Shown: positions 25,311-36,102 of the stretch, piece by piece
How the letters are laid out: every line of letters begins with the position of its first letter
Position numbering within the stretch: position 1 is the stretch's first letter
IMG/VR virus record: IMGVR_UViG_3300032246_001438
Span: 1 to 64,000 of that record
Source of the DNA: a virus
Length of the DNA stretch: 64,000 bases
Reading direction: 5' to 3' (one strand)
Notes under the pieces: model-generated
Told to the model about the DNA's origin: nothing
The model's input: only the letters and a program-made list of their open reading frames with translations
Databases searched by the model: none
Translations under genes and position numbers: made by a program

Positions 25311-25345
25311 TTTAACCTGACATTTTCGTGCTGAAAGGACAGAAT
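25311..25345 (+). promoter_or_regulatory. Putative late promoter for scaffold-capsid operon
   Basis: TTTAACCTGACA-N17-CAGAAT. Confidence 0.6.
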
Positions 25346-25412
25346 ATAAACAACGTTTGGTCATATGTGTTATTAATTCGGACAACGACCCCTAGGATGT
25401 AAGGAAGCAAAA

Positions 25413-26192
25413 ATGGAAACAGCAGAAGTAAACGCCGAGGCCTTTGCGGTCGAAGCAGGAGTAGTTCCAGTTGTAGCGCAGTCGTCAGACAACGCAGTTG
25501 TCGCTGACGCACCTACTACTAAGGCAACTTCCAAGTTTTATACGGAAGATGACTTGGCAAAAGTTCGTAGCCAAGAGAAAGAAAAACTCTATCCTCAGAT
25601 TGATAAGTTAAAGGAAGAACTAGATTTACTTAAGCGTGAGCGTGAAGAAGCAGCAGCAGCACGTGCAGCAGAAGAAGCAGCACGAGCAGCAGCAGAAAAA
25701 GAAGCTCTTGAAAGTGATTTAGATGTTCGTTCTTTACTTAAGCAAAAAGAATCAGAGTGGCAGGAGCAGTTGGAGCGTGAGCGCCAAGAGCGCGAACGAG
25801 CCTTTGCTCTTCTGGAACGCGAAAAGTCTTTTGCTGATTTACAGAGCTACCGTACACAACGTGTAGAGGCAGAACGTGATAACATTATTCCTGAACTACT
25901 TGACTTAATTAGCGGTAACAACCGTGAAGAATTAGATGCAAGTATTGAAGGTTTAAGAGAACGTTCTGCAAAAATTCTTGAATCGGCGCAATCTGCTATG
26001 CAGAACGCTAGAAAAGAAATGACGGGGACACGGGTAACCACGCCCCCAGCTGGACCACTGGAAACTAATATGGAGCAACGTAACTTTACGGCTGAGGATA
26101 TCTCAACCATGTCGATGAACGATTACGCAAAATACAGAAGCAAGCTATTGAGTCCAAAAGCTCAAGGCAAGTCTTCGGGGCTGTTCGGTTAA
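25413..26192 (+). CDS. Capsid scaffolding protein
   Basis: Coiled-coil E/R-rich, YTEDDL..VR, MSMNDYAKYR C-terminus, directly before the capsid gene. Confidence 0.85.
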   Translation: METAEVNAEAFAVEAGVVPVVAQSSDNAVVADAPTTKATSKFYTEDDLAKVRSQEKEKLYPQIDKLKEELDLLKREREEAAAARAAEEAARAAAEKEALESDLDVRSLLKQKESEWQEQLERERQERERAFALLEREKSFADLQSYRTQRVEAERDNIIPELLDLISGNNREELDASIEGLRERSAKILESAQSAMQNARKEMTGTRVTTPPAGPLETNMEQRNFTAEDISTMSMNDYAKYRSKLLSPKAQGKSSGLFG

Positions 26193-26232
26193 TCCCACCA
26201 AAACCCAAATTCAACTAAGGAGTCATAGCTAA

Positions 26233-27303
26233 ATGGCATCAGGTATTACAGGTACAGGCAATCTTGCCGCAGCACCTACAGCGTACTCAGGTACAAATAC
26301 ACAGCTGACTCAAGCGATTCAGACAATTTGGTCAAAGGAAATTCTTTTCCAGGCCATGCCAATCTTGCGCTTTGAGCAGTTTGCAGTAAAGAAGACTGAA
26401 CTAGGAGTTGCTCCTGGTCTTCAGATTAACTTCATGCGTTACAACAACCTCGGCTTTGCGGGTTCACTCGTAGAAGGCGTGCGTATGCAGACTAACGCAC
26501 TAACAGCACAGCAGTTCTCAATCACAGTATCAGAGCATGGATATGCTCTTGCTGTTTCAGAGCTATTGCTTAATGCTTCATTCGATGACGTAATGGCTTC
26601 AGCCTCACGTCTTCTTGGTCGTAACATGGCTATCTATCTAGACCAGCTATCACGCGACACACTATACGCAGCAACTTCAACCATTTACGGTGAAGACCGC
26701 TCATCACTCACAGCAGTAAACAACTGGTATGCAGATGGTACAACCGCTGCTAACCGTGCTGCTATGACAGGTACCTACTACTTGACACCTCATACAGTCA
26801 AGGATGCAGTAGAGACCCTAAGCACAAAGAACATCCCACGTCTTGGCGAAACCTACGTGGCGTTTGTTCACCCCCACCAGAGCCGTAAACTTCGTGATAA
26901 TCCAGAATTTATTGAAGTCACAAAGTACGCTGCTCCAGGTAACTTCATGCTTGGTGAAATCGGTCGTCTATACGATTGCGTATTCATTGAAACAACTCAG
27001 GTTCTTAAGGTTGCTGGCGGCGCTGGTTCTTCTTACTCAGCTGATACAACTGTTGCTAACCCAACAGTAACAGCTGGTGGAGGATATACAACTCCTGCAA
27101 CAAAGACAGGTAACGGTGGTTCTGACCGCTATGCAGCTATCTTCATTGGAGATAACGCATTCGGACACGCAATCTCACTTCCTGTTGAACTACGCGATGG
27201 CGGTATCTTAGACTTCGGTCGTGAGCACGCTCTTGCTTGGTACTCAATCTTCGGTCTTGGTCTAATTACTGACCAGTCTGTAATCATTGCAGAAACCAAC
27301 TAA
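26233..27303 (+). CDS. Major capsid protein (N4 gp56-like family)
   Basis: LRFEQFA, EHGYA, YVAFVHP, GEIGRL...FIET, DFGREH.LAWY. Confidence 0.93.
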   Translation: MASGITGTGNLAAAPTAYSGTNTQLTQAIQTIWSKEILFQAMPILRFEQFAVKKTELGVAPGLQINFMRYNNLGFAGSLVEGVRMQTNALTAQQFSITVSEHGYALAVSELLLNASFDDVMASASRLLGRNMAIYLDQLSRDTLYAATSTIYGEDRSSLTAVNNWYADGTTAANRAAMTGTYYLTPHTVKDAVETLSTKNIPRLGETYVAFVHPHQSRKLRDNPEFIEVTKYAAPGNFMLGEIGRLYDCVFIETTQVLKVAGGAGSSYSADTTVANPTVTAGGGYTTPATKTGNGGSDRYAAIFIGDNAFGHAISLPVELRDGGILDFGREHALAWYSIFGLGLITDQSVIIAETN

Positions 27304-27321
27304 TTAGTTTAACCCGCTGAG

Positions 27322-27345
27322 GGGGTGGAGATAAAACTCCACCCC
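27322..27345 (+). terminator. Hairpin after capsid gene
   Basis: GGGGTGGAG-ATAAAA-CTCCACCCC; no T-tract. Confidence 0.55.
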
Positions 27346-27384
27346 TAAAGCACCACTTAACAGACATTCAATCGGAGGATACAA

Positions 27385-27753
27385 ATGGCAAGTAAAGTAA
27401 AACCAACAGACGTCACGGGACGCGCTCGTGAAGCTCAAATTGCAGATAATATTGAGGCTCTTCAGGAACGTGCTGGTGAAATGTCTATGGCTACCGCAGC
27501 CGCTCAAATTAAGCTTGAAACAGAAGTAATTGATGCAACACAACCAAATCGCGCAACTGTCATCATTGATGAACCAACAGTTGTAGGTTCAGCAGATGAG
27601 GACAAGGTTCTTATTCGTGTTGTAGAGGACATTGAACAAATGACTCTAGGTGCAGGAAATTATTTTAGTTTTAAAGCTGGACAGAAGTACAAGGTATCTC
27701 GTCAAGTTGCTCAGCACCTTGAAGAAAAAGGCTATCTAGCTGGAGTTATCTAA
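27385..27753 (+). CDS. Hypothetical head-associated protein
   Basis: GGAGG RBS; FKAGQKYKV...HLEEKG. Confidence 0.8.
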   Translation: MASKVKPTDVTGRAREAQIADNIEALQERAGEMSMATAAAQIKLETEVIDATQPNRATVIIDEPTVVGSADEDKVLIRVVEDIEQMTLGAGNYFSFKAGQKYKVSRQVAQHLEEKGYLAGVI

Positions 27754-27864
27754 ACTTTTATATTTGGCGTAGCGGCGGGCACATTGATGCCCGCTTCTTC
27801 GTTTATACAGAATTTATTACTAATTACTGACACTATGTACTAGCTAGTGTGAGGGGTGGATTAA

Positions 27865-28923
27865 ATGGCTTTAATGGCAGATTTGGTCTCTCGAGTACGA
27901 CTAGAACTCGGTGACATGCCTAAAATGTTTACCTTTGCCGTTACTGGCGATGGTTCCACTAAAGACTTTTATTTAAAAGAAAAACCTATTGACCCTTACA
28001 CACTATATGTATCTATCAACAATGCCGCTGTTTTATCTGGAAGCGGATACAAATTAGAAAAAGATAAAGGCATGCTTCATTTTAGGTATGCGCTTACAGC
28101 ATCTGAAAATCTATTTGTTGCTGGAACTTCTTACCGCTACTTTACAGATGCAGATATTGAAACTTTTATTAACACTGCTGTAACCCAGCATTTGCACGAA
28201 AGAACTGATTCATACGGAAGCAACATGTCTCTTGCAAAGCTTCCACCTGTTGAAGAGTACCCAGTTGCTATCCTAGCTGTAATTGAAGCCCTATGGGCTC
28301 TTGCTACTGATGCATCTTTTGATATTAACATTAGCGCTCCAGACGGGGTTGTCATCCCACGTAACCAGCGTTACGAGCAATTGACTAATACAATCAATCA
28401 ACGTTGGGAACAGTACCGACAGCTATGCCAACAGCTAAACATTGGCCTCTGGAGAATTCAGGTCGGTACACTTCGTCGTGTTAGCCGCCTAACTAATAAA
28501 TTTGTTCCTGTATATCTATCACAAGAAATTGACGATAGCCGTAAGCCAGAGCGGGTTTACCTTAATAATGACCTAATGGGAAGAACCCCTACCCCAAGCG
28601 CTGTAGAGGTATATGACATACAGATGTACCAAGGCGACTCATTTGAACGCCAAGTTGACTTTGATTTCAATATTACGGGGCTAGTTTGGAAAGCTCAAAT
28701 TCGTACATATCCGAATTCACCATCTTTATATGGCACCTTCAATGTTACAATTTTAGATGCTGCAACAGGTAGAATTAAGCTGTCAATGACAAACAGCGCT
28801 ACAAAATATTTGCCAGCACGAGCGTTTTGGGATTTACAGGCTACATCTACAACAGATGCAACCTTTGAGAGAACTTTTTTGCGAGGTCAAGTGTTCGTAA
28901 CTCAACAGGTAACGGTGGACTAA
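27865..28923 (+). CDS. Head-tail adaptor/neck protein with C-terminal BppU-like domain
   Basis: RVRLELGD...YFTDADI; C-terminal YQGDSF...AQIR...WDLQ. Confidence 0.75.
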   Translation: MALMADLVSRVRLELGDMPKMFTFAVTGDGSTKDFYLKEKPIDPYTLYVSINNAAVLSGSGYKLEKDKGMLHFRYALTASENLFVAGTSYRYFTDADIETFINTAVTQHLHERTDSYGSNMSLAKLPPVEEYPVAILAVIEALWALATDASFDINISAPDGVVIPRNQRYEQLTNTINQRWEQYRQLCQQLNIGLWRIQVGTLRRVSRLTNKFVPVYLSQEIDDSRKPERVYLNNDLMGRTPTPSAVEVYDIQMYQGDSFERQVDFDFNITGLVWKAQIRTYPNSPSLYGTFNVTILDAATGRIKLSMTNSATKYLPARAFWDLQATSTTDATFERTFLRGQVFVTQQVTVD

Positions 28924-28927
28924 GACT

Positions 28928-31630
28928 ATGCCAATTACCGTCATTGGACCAGACGATTCGAACTGGTACGTACCCGCAACTGGAACCACAGGTACCACAG
29001 GTACAACAGGTACAACAGGTACTAGTGTAACTGGACCAACAGGTCCTACAGGTGCAGCAGGCGCAACTGGACCAACAGGTCCCGCTGGAGCTGTTGGCCC
29101 TACTGGTGCTGGAGCAACTGGAGCAACTGGTGCTACTGGTCCTCGTGGTTTTTCTGGTTTACAAGGTAATGCTGGTGCAACAGGTCCAACTGGTGCACAA
29201 GGTATTTCAGGTTTGCAAGGACCAACAGGTGCTACAGGAGCCGCTGGTCAAGCAGTAACAATCAAAGGCGAGTACGCTAACTTAACAGCGCTTCAAGCGG
29301 CAGTCCCAGTTGGTCAACCTGGTGATGCTTATCTTCTTGCTAATGGAAATCTTTGTGTTTGGAATCCCCAAACATCTTCATGGCAAAATGTAGGTAACCT
29401 AGAAGGCCCTACTGGTGCAGCGGGTCCAACTGGTTCAACAGGACCTACTGGTGTTGCTGGTCCTACAGGACCACAAGGTACACAAGGCGTTTCTGGTATT
29501 GCAGGTGCAACAGGTGCTACTGGCGCTGTTGGTCCAACAGGTGCACGAGGTGACACTGGTCCTCAAGGTGCTCAAGGTTTCTCTGGTTTAATAGGTCCAA
29601 CTGGTTCTACTGGTGCAACAGGACCATCTGTAACAGGTCCACAGGGCCCTGGATATAGTGGGGTGACCTCTTCTTCCGCAGTAACTATTGGTGGTGGAAA
29701 TAAAGTATTTACTTTAAATACAACTAATCACGCATTTGTTACTGGACAACGAGCAAGAATTATTGCAACAGCAACTACTAATACTTGGATGGAAGGTTAT
29801 TTATCCGTTGCTGGAACTAACTTAACAATTGCTGTTAATGCGTTAGACGGTGCAATTGGAACTCCATATAGTTCTTGGGTTCTTTCCTTAACGGGTGAGT
29901 TTGGTGACACTGGCCCAACTGGTCCAACTGGTCCAACTGGTGCAACTGGTGCAACTGGTGCAGCATCAACTGTTGTCGGTCCTACAGGTCCTACAGGTAT
30001 TTCTGGTGGTATCACATTTGTTATTACTGCAAATGGAACTACAAACTATGTAATCAATGGATTATCAAATCCAACTCTTACTGTTATCCGCGGTATTCGT
30101 TATCGTTTTGACGTAACAGCTGCGGGTCAACCATTCTTTATTCAAACAACTGCTGGTGCATATAGCCCAGGTAACCTTTACACAAATGGTGTAACAGGAA
30201 ATGGAACTGCAAGCGGAAGCATTGTTTGGGATATCCCATTTGATGGTCCATCAACTCTTTACTATGCATCACAAAACAGTGCTAACTTAATTGGAACAAT
30301 TAATGTAACAACCGCTGGTCCCGTTGGAGCAACAGGTCCTACAGGAGCAACAGGAGCAGCATCTACAGTTGCTGGTCCTACAGGAGCAGTTGGTGCTACT
30401 GGCCCTACTGGTGCCGCTGGTGCTGTTGGTGCTACAGGTCCAACAGGTTCTGCGGGTACTGCAGGTCTTCCAGGAGCTATTGGTCCAACTGGTGCACAGG
30501 GTCCACAAGGTATTCAAGGTGTTGCTGGAGCGGCTGGTGCTACTGGTGCAGCGGGTCCTACTGGTGCACGTGGTGCAACTGGTAACACTGGTCCTCAGGG
30601 TACTGGCGTTGTTATTGTTGGTTACTACGATTCTTACGCGGAGTTGATTTCCGCACATCCATTTGGTGCAGCAGGTGATGGTTACCTAGTTAATGGTTAC
30701 TTATATATCTGGGCTGGCTATGCATGGATTAACGCTGGTTATATTCAAGGCCCTACTGGTCCAACAGGTATACAAGGTGCAGTTGGCCCAACTGGTTCAC
30801 AAGGTATTCAAGGACCAACAGGTGCACAAGGTTCACAGGGTCTTCAAGGTTTAGTCGGTGCTACAGGTTCTGTAGGACCAACAGGTCCGCAGGGTGCGCT
30901 TGGACCAACAGGTGCTACAGGCGCTACTGGACCAACATCAACAGTTCCAGGACCAACTGGACCTACTGGTCAAACAGGTGCGGGTTTATCTCTCAAAGGT
31001 TCTTACAATTCATATGCGGAACTTCTTGCTGCACGACCATCTGGAAACGCAACAGGTGATGGCTATCTAGTTCTTGGTCAACTTTATGTATGGCAAGGAA
31101 CTGCGTGGGTTAACGCTGGAAATATTGTTGGACCAACTGGTGCTACAGGTTCTATCGGTTTAACTGGTGCTACAGGCGCTACAGGTGCTCAGGGTATTCA
31201 AGGTGTAACAGGTCCGACTGGTAATACTGGTCCACAACCATTTACAGTTATTGGAACTTGGCAGAGCGGTATTGCCTATGGAGTTGGGCAAGCAGTATTC
31301 TATGACACCCCGACTTTAAAGGGTACATATGTAAGAATTAATTCACAATCAACAGCGGGAATTAATCCGCTTGGAGATGTTGGAAACTGGATTCCACTTG
31401 TTGCTGCGGCAATTGGACCTACTGGTCCAACAGGTGCTCAAGGTTTAACAGGTTTGCAAGGACCTACAGGTGTTACAGGTCCTCAAGGTGTTACAGGTCC
31501 AACAGGAAATCAAGGTTTACTAGGTCCAACTGGCCCTACAGGCATTACACTATTAAACGTAGATGCTGGCAGTCCAACAAGCAATTATGGTGGAACTGAC
31601 ACTATCGATAGCGGAGGAGTTAACGGTTAA
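28928..31630 (+). CDS. Collagen-like fibre (G-P-T/G-A-T triplets) with inserted globular domains
   Basis: Long Gly-X-Y runs; three ~48-aa G.Y....L...P.G..GD.YL...L.VW repeats; cupredoxin-like and CBM-like inserts. Confidence 0.92.
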   Translation: MPITVIGPDDSNWYVPATGTTGTTGTTGTTGTSVTGPTGPTGAAGATGPTGPAGAVGPTGAGATGATGATGPRGFSGLQGNAGATGPTGAQGISGLQGPTGATGAAGQAVTIKGEYANLTALQAAVPVGQPGDAYLLANGNLCVWNPQTSSWQNVGNLEGPTGAAGPTGSTGPTGVAGPTGPQGTQGVSGIAGATGATGAVGPTGARGDTGPQGAQGFSGLIGPTGSTGATGPSVTGPQGPGYSGVTSSSAVTIGGGNKVFTLNTTNHAFVTGQRARIIATATTNTWMEGYLSVAGTNLTIAVNALDGAIGTPYSSWVLSLTGEFGDTGPTGPTGPTGATGATGAASTVVGPTGPTGISGGITFVITANGTTNYVINGLSNPTLTVIRGIRYRFDVTAAGQPFFIQTTAGAYSPGNLYTNGVTGNGTASGSIVWDIPFDGPSTLYYASQNSANLIGTINVTTAGPVGATGPTGATGAASTVAGPTGAVGATGPTGAAGAVGATGPTGSAGTAGLPGAIGPTGAQGPQGIQGVAGAAGATGAAGPTGARGATGNTGPQGTGVVIVGYYDSYAELISAHPFGAAGDGYLVNGYLYIWAGYAWINAGYIQGPTGPTGIQGAVGPTGSQGIQGPTGAQGSQGLQGLVGATGSVGPTGPQGALGPTGATGATGPTSTVPGPTGPTGQTGAGLSLKGSYNSYAELLAARPSGNATGDGYLVLGQLYVWQGTAWVNAGNIVGPTGATGSIGLTGATGATGAQGIQGVTGPTGNTGPQPFTVIGTWQSGIAYGVGQAVFYDTPTLKGTYVRINSQSTAGINPLGDVGNWIPLVAAAIGPTGPTGAQGLTGLQGPTGVTGPQGVTGPTGNQGLLGPTGPTGITLLNVDAGSPTSNYGGTDTIDSGGVNG

Positions 31631-32043
31631 TGGCAATTAAAGTACAGTTCCGACGCGGTACTGCAGCTCAATGGACTTCAGCAAACCCTCTTCTTGCAGA
31701 AGGTGAATTGGGTCTTGAACTAGACACTGGAAAATTTAAAGTTGGTAACGGCACACAGAACTGGAGTGCGCTAGTATATGCTAGTGGTATCCAGGGTCCA
31801 ACAGGACCTGCAGGTGCTAATGGAACTATTGGTGTTAACGGTGCTACTGGTGCAACAGGTGCAACAGGTGCGACTGGACTTCGTGGACCAACTGGTACGG
31901 CAGGTCCAGCGGGCGATGGCGGTCGCGGTGAACAACTGGTATTAGATGCTCAATTAGAACTTGGCATTTTCTTCCCTCGTTATTCACAGACCACAACAAC
32001 ATACACAACAACCACTGTTGTTCCACCGATTACACTAATCTAG
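31630..32043 (+). CDS. Short fibre protein: Mtd/hyaluronidase-type N-terminal domain plus collagen
   Basis: VQFRRGTAAQWTSANPLLAEGELGLELDTGKFKVGNG. Confidence 0.88.
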   Translation: MAIKVQFRRGTAAQWTSANPLLAEGELGLELDTGKFKVGNGTQNWSALVYASGIQGPTGPAGANGTIGVNGATGATGATGATGLRGPTGTAGPAGDGGRGEQLVLDAQLELGIFFPRYSQTTTTYTTTTVVPPITLI

Positions 32044-32055
32044 GAAGGTAATTTA

Positions 32056-35000
32056 ATGGCACGTAATATTGCTCCCGAGGAGTACGCGTTTAATCCAGCG
32101 ACTCGTCAGATTACGCTTAATCGTTATATTCAAGAGAAGCACATCTTCCTTATCGCTAATGCGACTGACAACATTGTCATGTTCAACTTCTCTGACCCAA
32201 GTTTAAAAGCAACTATTTCGTATACCTATCCAACATTCAGCATTTCAAATGACACTGGAACAACTGTATACCAAACAGTTATTACTCTTCAATATGACAC
32301 AACATCGATGTCTTCTACAGACGTGCTTCAAATTATTATTGATGACGAACACCAAAAGGTAACTTTTGATGACACTATGATTGATGGAGCTCAGAAGCTA
32401 AAGACTTCAACTCCACAGTCTTTGATGGATACAGACTTTGAATACTCTGTTCAGCCATCTAAGTGGGAAGCAGTATTCCTTTCAAACAACTACCCTTCAT
32501 TCTTTGCTAAGCCTTCAGGCGGTAACGCTGTTGAAGTTGCATCTGTTGTTGGTGACGGAGTTAGCCCACGTTCAACTGTAACAGTAACAACTACTTTCCC
32601 TCACGCATTCTTGCCAAACCAAGTGTGTTCAGTTCAAGAAACGCTTAACTACCTTGCAGAAGGTACAGCGCTTATTACTTCAACTCCTACACCTAACTCA
32701 TTTACTTATATTGCTCGTGGTGTGGTTTCTGGAGATATCCTTTCTGGAACATTAACATCTATCTATGGTGGAGACATCTATGATGGCGCTCACATCCCTG
32801 GTGGTAACTACCCAGGTCTTGGATACAACGCAGCTGGTATTAACACTCTTAACCGTTGGATTGCCTCAACTGATGGCGCTGCTCCAGTTTCAACAGTGAC
32901 AGTTACATTTGATAACCCACACGGTGTTTTTCCAGGAGCTTCAATTGTTGTTGCTGGTACAAACAGCTTTGATGGTAACTGGCAGGTTAGCCAAGTTGCT
33001 ACAACTCGTACATTAAGTTTCCAGCTCTCACGTCAGCAGTCCGCTGTTTCAGTTCCTACAACAGCTTTGATTATGACAAAGGGCGACGGATACATTATTC
33101 ACCGTCCATATGATGGTGGCGTTGCTTTGACAACAGCTACAAACTCAATGGGCTCACAGACAATTCGTCAGACTCGTCGTTATTTCCGCTACCAGTCTGG
33201 TAAGTCAATGCAGTTCTCAACTGGAGCTCAATTGACTCCTGTTTATGATGTTGAAGCCATGTACTTAAATGGCGGCGCAATTGGACCAGCTTATGTAACA
33301 GTTCAAACTGTACAAGACCACGGTTTCCAAGCTGGTGTTGTTATTGGTGTTGAAGGTGTAGAAACACGATACCCTTACAACCCATTTAATGGTCAATATA
33401 CAGTTACAAAAATTATTAACAACAATACATTTGAATATGCTGTGACTCTTACATCAGTAATTCCTACAGTTGATATTAACCCAGCTGGTATTAACGTATA
33501 CATCCACGCTCGTGCCTGGGATGGCGCTGTTACACGCTGCGGATTGTTTGATGACCAAAACGGATTTTACTATGAGTATGATGGTCGTGAAATGTACGTA
33601 TGCCGTCGCCACTCTGAAAAAGAAGGTATTGGTCGAGTTAACGTAACAAAGAATTCAAGCCTTGTTACTGGTCTTAGCACACAGTTCCGTAAGCAAATTA
33701 ATACAGGACAGTCTGTTGTTATTAAGGGAAATACCTACAAGGTAATTCAGATTAACTCTGATACATCTTTCAATATTGCTCCAGCGTATCGTGGCGTTAC
33801 TGCTACAAAAACTCGCTACTTAATTACACAGACACAACGTGTTGCACAAGACGAGTGGAATATTGACCACTTTGATGGAACAGGCCCATCTGGTTACAAG
33901 ATGGATGTAGGTCGTATGCAGATGGTTTACATCGACTACACATGGTATGGCGCTGGAACTATTCGTTTTGGTATGCGTACTGTTGACGGTAAGATTAGAT
34001 GGTGCCATCGTATGTCGCAGAACAACGTTAACAACGCTGCGTACCAGCGCTCTGGTAACTTGCCTGCTCGCTACGAAGTAGCTAACGACCCAGCTTACTT
34101 CTCACGCATGCTTGCTGGAGACGCTAATGGAACTCTTGGCGCAGCTCTAGGACCTAACGCAAATATTGTGTGGGTTGAAGATACTCATGACTGGCCTGAA
34201 GCTGGCTACATCTATGTCAAGGATGACACTAACTGCGAAATTATGAAGTACTCTTCAATTGGAGCTTATAATCCTACAAAGGGTTGTGCACCAATTTATA
34301 TCTCAGAACGTCGCTCATCTATCACACAGATTTATCCAGACATCCCATTCACATTCTCTGGTACAAAGTCTCCAGTAACATTTACTCCAGACTCATCAAT
34401 CACAGGTACTGGTGGAAACGCTCAGGTAGCAGTTCAATCAATTACTCAGAACTGTGCTCCAATGATTTCTCACTGGGGTTCTTCTATCATCATGGACGGT
34501 GGATTTAACCAAGAAGGTACATTCGTCTTTACTGGTGGTATGAACAAGTACCTATCAATAGCAGCGGGTGTTACCCGCCCTCTAGTAGCTGTGCGTCTTG
34601 CTCCATCTGTGGACAACGCGATTGCACGTAACTTTGGTGTTCGTGAAATTGTGAACCGCATGCAGCTTCAGATGAACGGTATCGGTATCCAGGCAAACGG
34701 TTCATTCCGTCTTGACGCTGTACTGAACCCAATTGCTATTGAATATACAAAGTGGACAGCTGCTCAGCTAGCAACTACTCGTACTTCAGTAACAGGTTCT
34801 GGTGGTCAGATTTATGTAACTATCGGTGATACAACAGGTACTGTGGGTCTTGCTCCAGGTATGTTTATGACTGGTTCAAATTTAAGTGCTGGAACAACAA
34901 TTGCAGCAATTGCTGGTAACCGACTTACACTATCACTACCTCTTACTGGAACAGCAACAGGTACTTATACCTTTACTCCCACACGTGGTTTTGATGGTAT

Positions 35001-35355
35001 CCCTACTGACTGGACTCGCGACCTTGTAGGTTCTGGTTCTTTGGCTCAGGTTCTATACTTTGACAATACTGGCCCTGGTCAGGGGCAGGCACAGTCAGCT
35101 TCTGGCCTCATCACAGGCGGCGATAACATCGCGTCCTTCTACTCAGAAAACGGTTCAGCAACCTCTTACAACAAGACTGACGTAGACTTGACTAAAATCC
35201 GCGACTTGGGTAACTCAGTACTTAGTGGTGACGGCAACGTCTCTACCCCTGGATATCCAAACGGCCCAGATATCTTGGTTATCACAGCCACCAACATCGG
35301 TAGTGGTGCAGCCAACATTGGTGCTCGTATCTCATGGACGGAAGCACAGGCATAA
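32056..35355 (+). CDS. Large virion fibre/appendage protein
   Basis: N-terminal YAFNPA...DFEYSVQPSKWE; RQTRRYFRYQSGK; WYGAG.IRFG; repeated beta domains. Confidence 0.8.
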   Translation: MARNIAPEEYAFNPATRQITLNRYIQEKHIFLIANATDNIVMFNFSDPSLKATISYTYPTFSISNDTGTTVYQTVITLQYDTTSMSSTDVLQIIIDDEHQKVTFDDTMIDGAQKLKTSTPQSLMDTDFEYSVQPSKWEAVFLSNNYPSFFAKPSGGNAVEVASVVGDGVSPRSTVTVTTTFPHAFLPNQVCSVQETLNYLAEGTALITSTPTPNSFTYIARGVVSGDILSGTLTSIYGGDIYDGAHIPGGNYPGLGYNAAGINTLNRWIASTDGAAPVSTVTVTFDNPHGVFPGASIVVAGTNSFDGNWQVSQVATTRTLSFQLSRQQSAVSVPTTALIMTKGDGYIIHRPYDGGVALTTATNSMGSQTIRQTRRYFRYQSGKSMQFSTGAQLTPVYDVEAMYLNGGAIGPAYVTVQTVQDHGFQAGVVIGVEGVETRYPYNPFNGQYTVTKIINNNTFEYAVTLTSVIPTVDINPAGINVYIHARAWDGAVTRCGLFDDQNGFYYEYDGREMYVCRRHSEKEGIGRVNVTKNSSLVTGLSTQFRKQINTGQSVVIKGNTYKVIQINSDTSFNIAPAYRGVTATKTRYLITQTQRVAQDEWNIDHFDGTGPSGYKMDVGRMQMVYIDYTWYGAGTIRFGMRTVDGKIRWCHRMSQNNVNNAAYQRSGNLPARYEVANDPAYFSRMLAGDANGTLGAALGPNANIVWVEDTHDWPEAGYIYVKDDTNCEIMKYSSIGAYNPTKGCAPIYISERRSSITQIYPDIPFTFSGTKSPVTFTPDSSITGTGGNAQVAVQSITQNCAPMISHWGSSIIMDGGFNQEGTFVFTGGMNKYLSIAAGVTRPLVAVRLAPSVDNAIARNFGVREIVNRMQLQMNGIGIQANGSFRLDAVLNPIAIEYTKWTAAQLATTRTSVTGSGGQIYVTIGDTTGTVGLAPGMFMTGSNLSAGTTIAAIAGNRLTLSLPLTGTATGTYTFTPTRGFDGIPTDWTRDLVGSGSLAQVLYFDNTGPGQGQAQSASGLITGGDNIASFYSENGSATSYNKTDVDLTKIRDLGNSVLSGDGNVSTPGYPNGPDILVITATNIGSGAANIGARISWTEAQA

Positions 35356-35428
35356 TGTCATCCGTTTACAGTTTCAAATCTTTTAAAAATGCTACACTTT
35401 TAATAACCTCGGAAGGTAGGTAATATCA

Positions 35429-35767
35429 ATGCCCGATTACAGCTCCCTCAGTACACAGATTAATGGTGTTAAAGATGAAATTACCGCAAGTCTTGCGGCT
35501 TCTACTTACACAGCACAAGATTTAATCTATGTATCTAAGTCACTTGAAACTTTAGGCACCCTACTTGGAGTCAATGACATTGTTGCAGCAACTGCTGCAA
35601 ACGTTACAACAATCACCACTGCTGGTACAACACAGGTAGCTGCTGTTAATACTGCAGGCACAACACAGGTTTCTGCAGTTAATACTGCGGGAAGTACTAA
35701 GGTCGCTGCAATTGCTGCAGAGTCCGCTAATTTAACCACACTAGCCTACATTGGAGTACTAGCATAA
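35429..35767 (+). CDS. Fibre connector protein with AGTTQV repeats
   Basis: 11-aa repeats TAGTTQVAAVN. Confidence 0.8.
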   Translation: MPDYSSLSTQINGVKDEITASLAASTYTAQDLIYVSKSLETLGTLLGVNDIVAATAANVTTITTAGTTQVAAVNTAGTTQVSAVNTAGSTKVAAIAAESANLTTLAYIGVLA

Positions 35768-36072
35768 TGGCAACTACAGTAACTCGATTTAAAGCTGTTA
35801 CTGCTGGGCTAACCGATGCCTCAGCATACGCAGTTCCTGCATCAAACACTGCTATCGTGACAAATGTTATTTTGTCTAACAAGACAGCAGCAACTCGTAC
35901 CGCAACCATCACGATGGGCGGTTTTTCATTTTGCACAGGTCTACAGGTTCCAGCAAACGGTACTGTAAACTTTGACGTTCGTACAGTTTTAAACGCTGCA
36001 GAAACAATCACAGTTGTAGCAGATGTTGCTTCAGCAGTTGATGTTTTAATCTCTGGCGTATTGATTAGCTAA
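35767..36072 (+). CDS. Small fibre adaptor protein
   Basis: Y.VPA..TAIV.NV.LSN...ISGV pattern. Confidence 0.75.
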   Translation: MATTVTRFKAVTAGLTDASAYAVPASNTAIVTNVILSNKTAATRTATITMGGFSFCTGLQVPANGTVNFDVRTVLNAAETITVVADVASAVDVLISGVLIS

Positions 36073-36102
36073 TTAACCACGGAAAAGGACAGGTAACTAT
36101 CA

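Noticed and set aside
31630-32043. Diversity-generating retroelement suggested by the Mtd-like N-terminus
   Set aside because: Only the N-terminal anchor domain is present; no reverse transcriptase or TR/VR repeat pair was seen.
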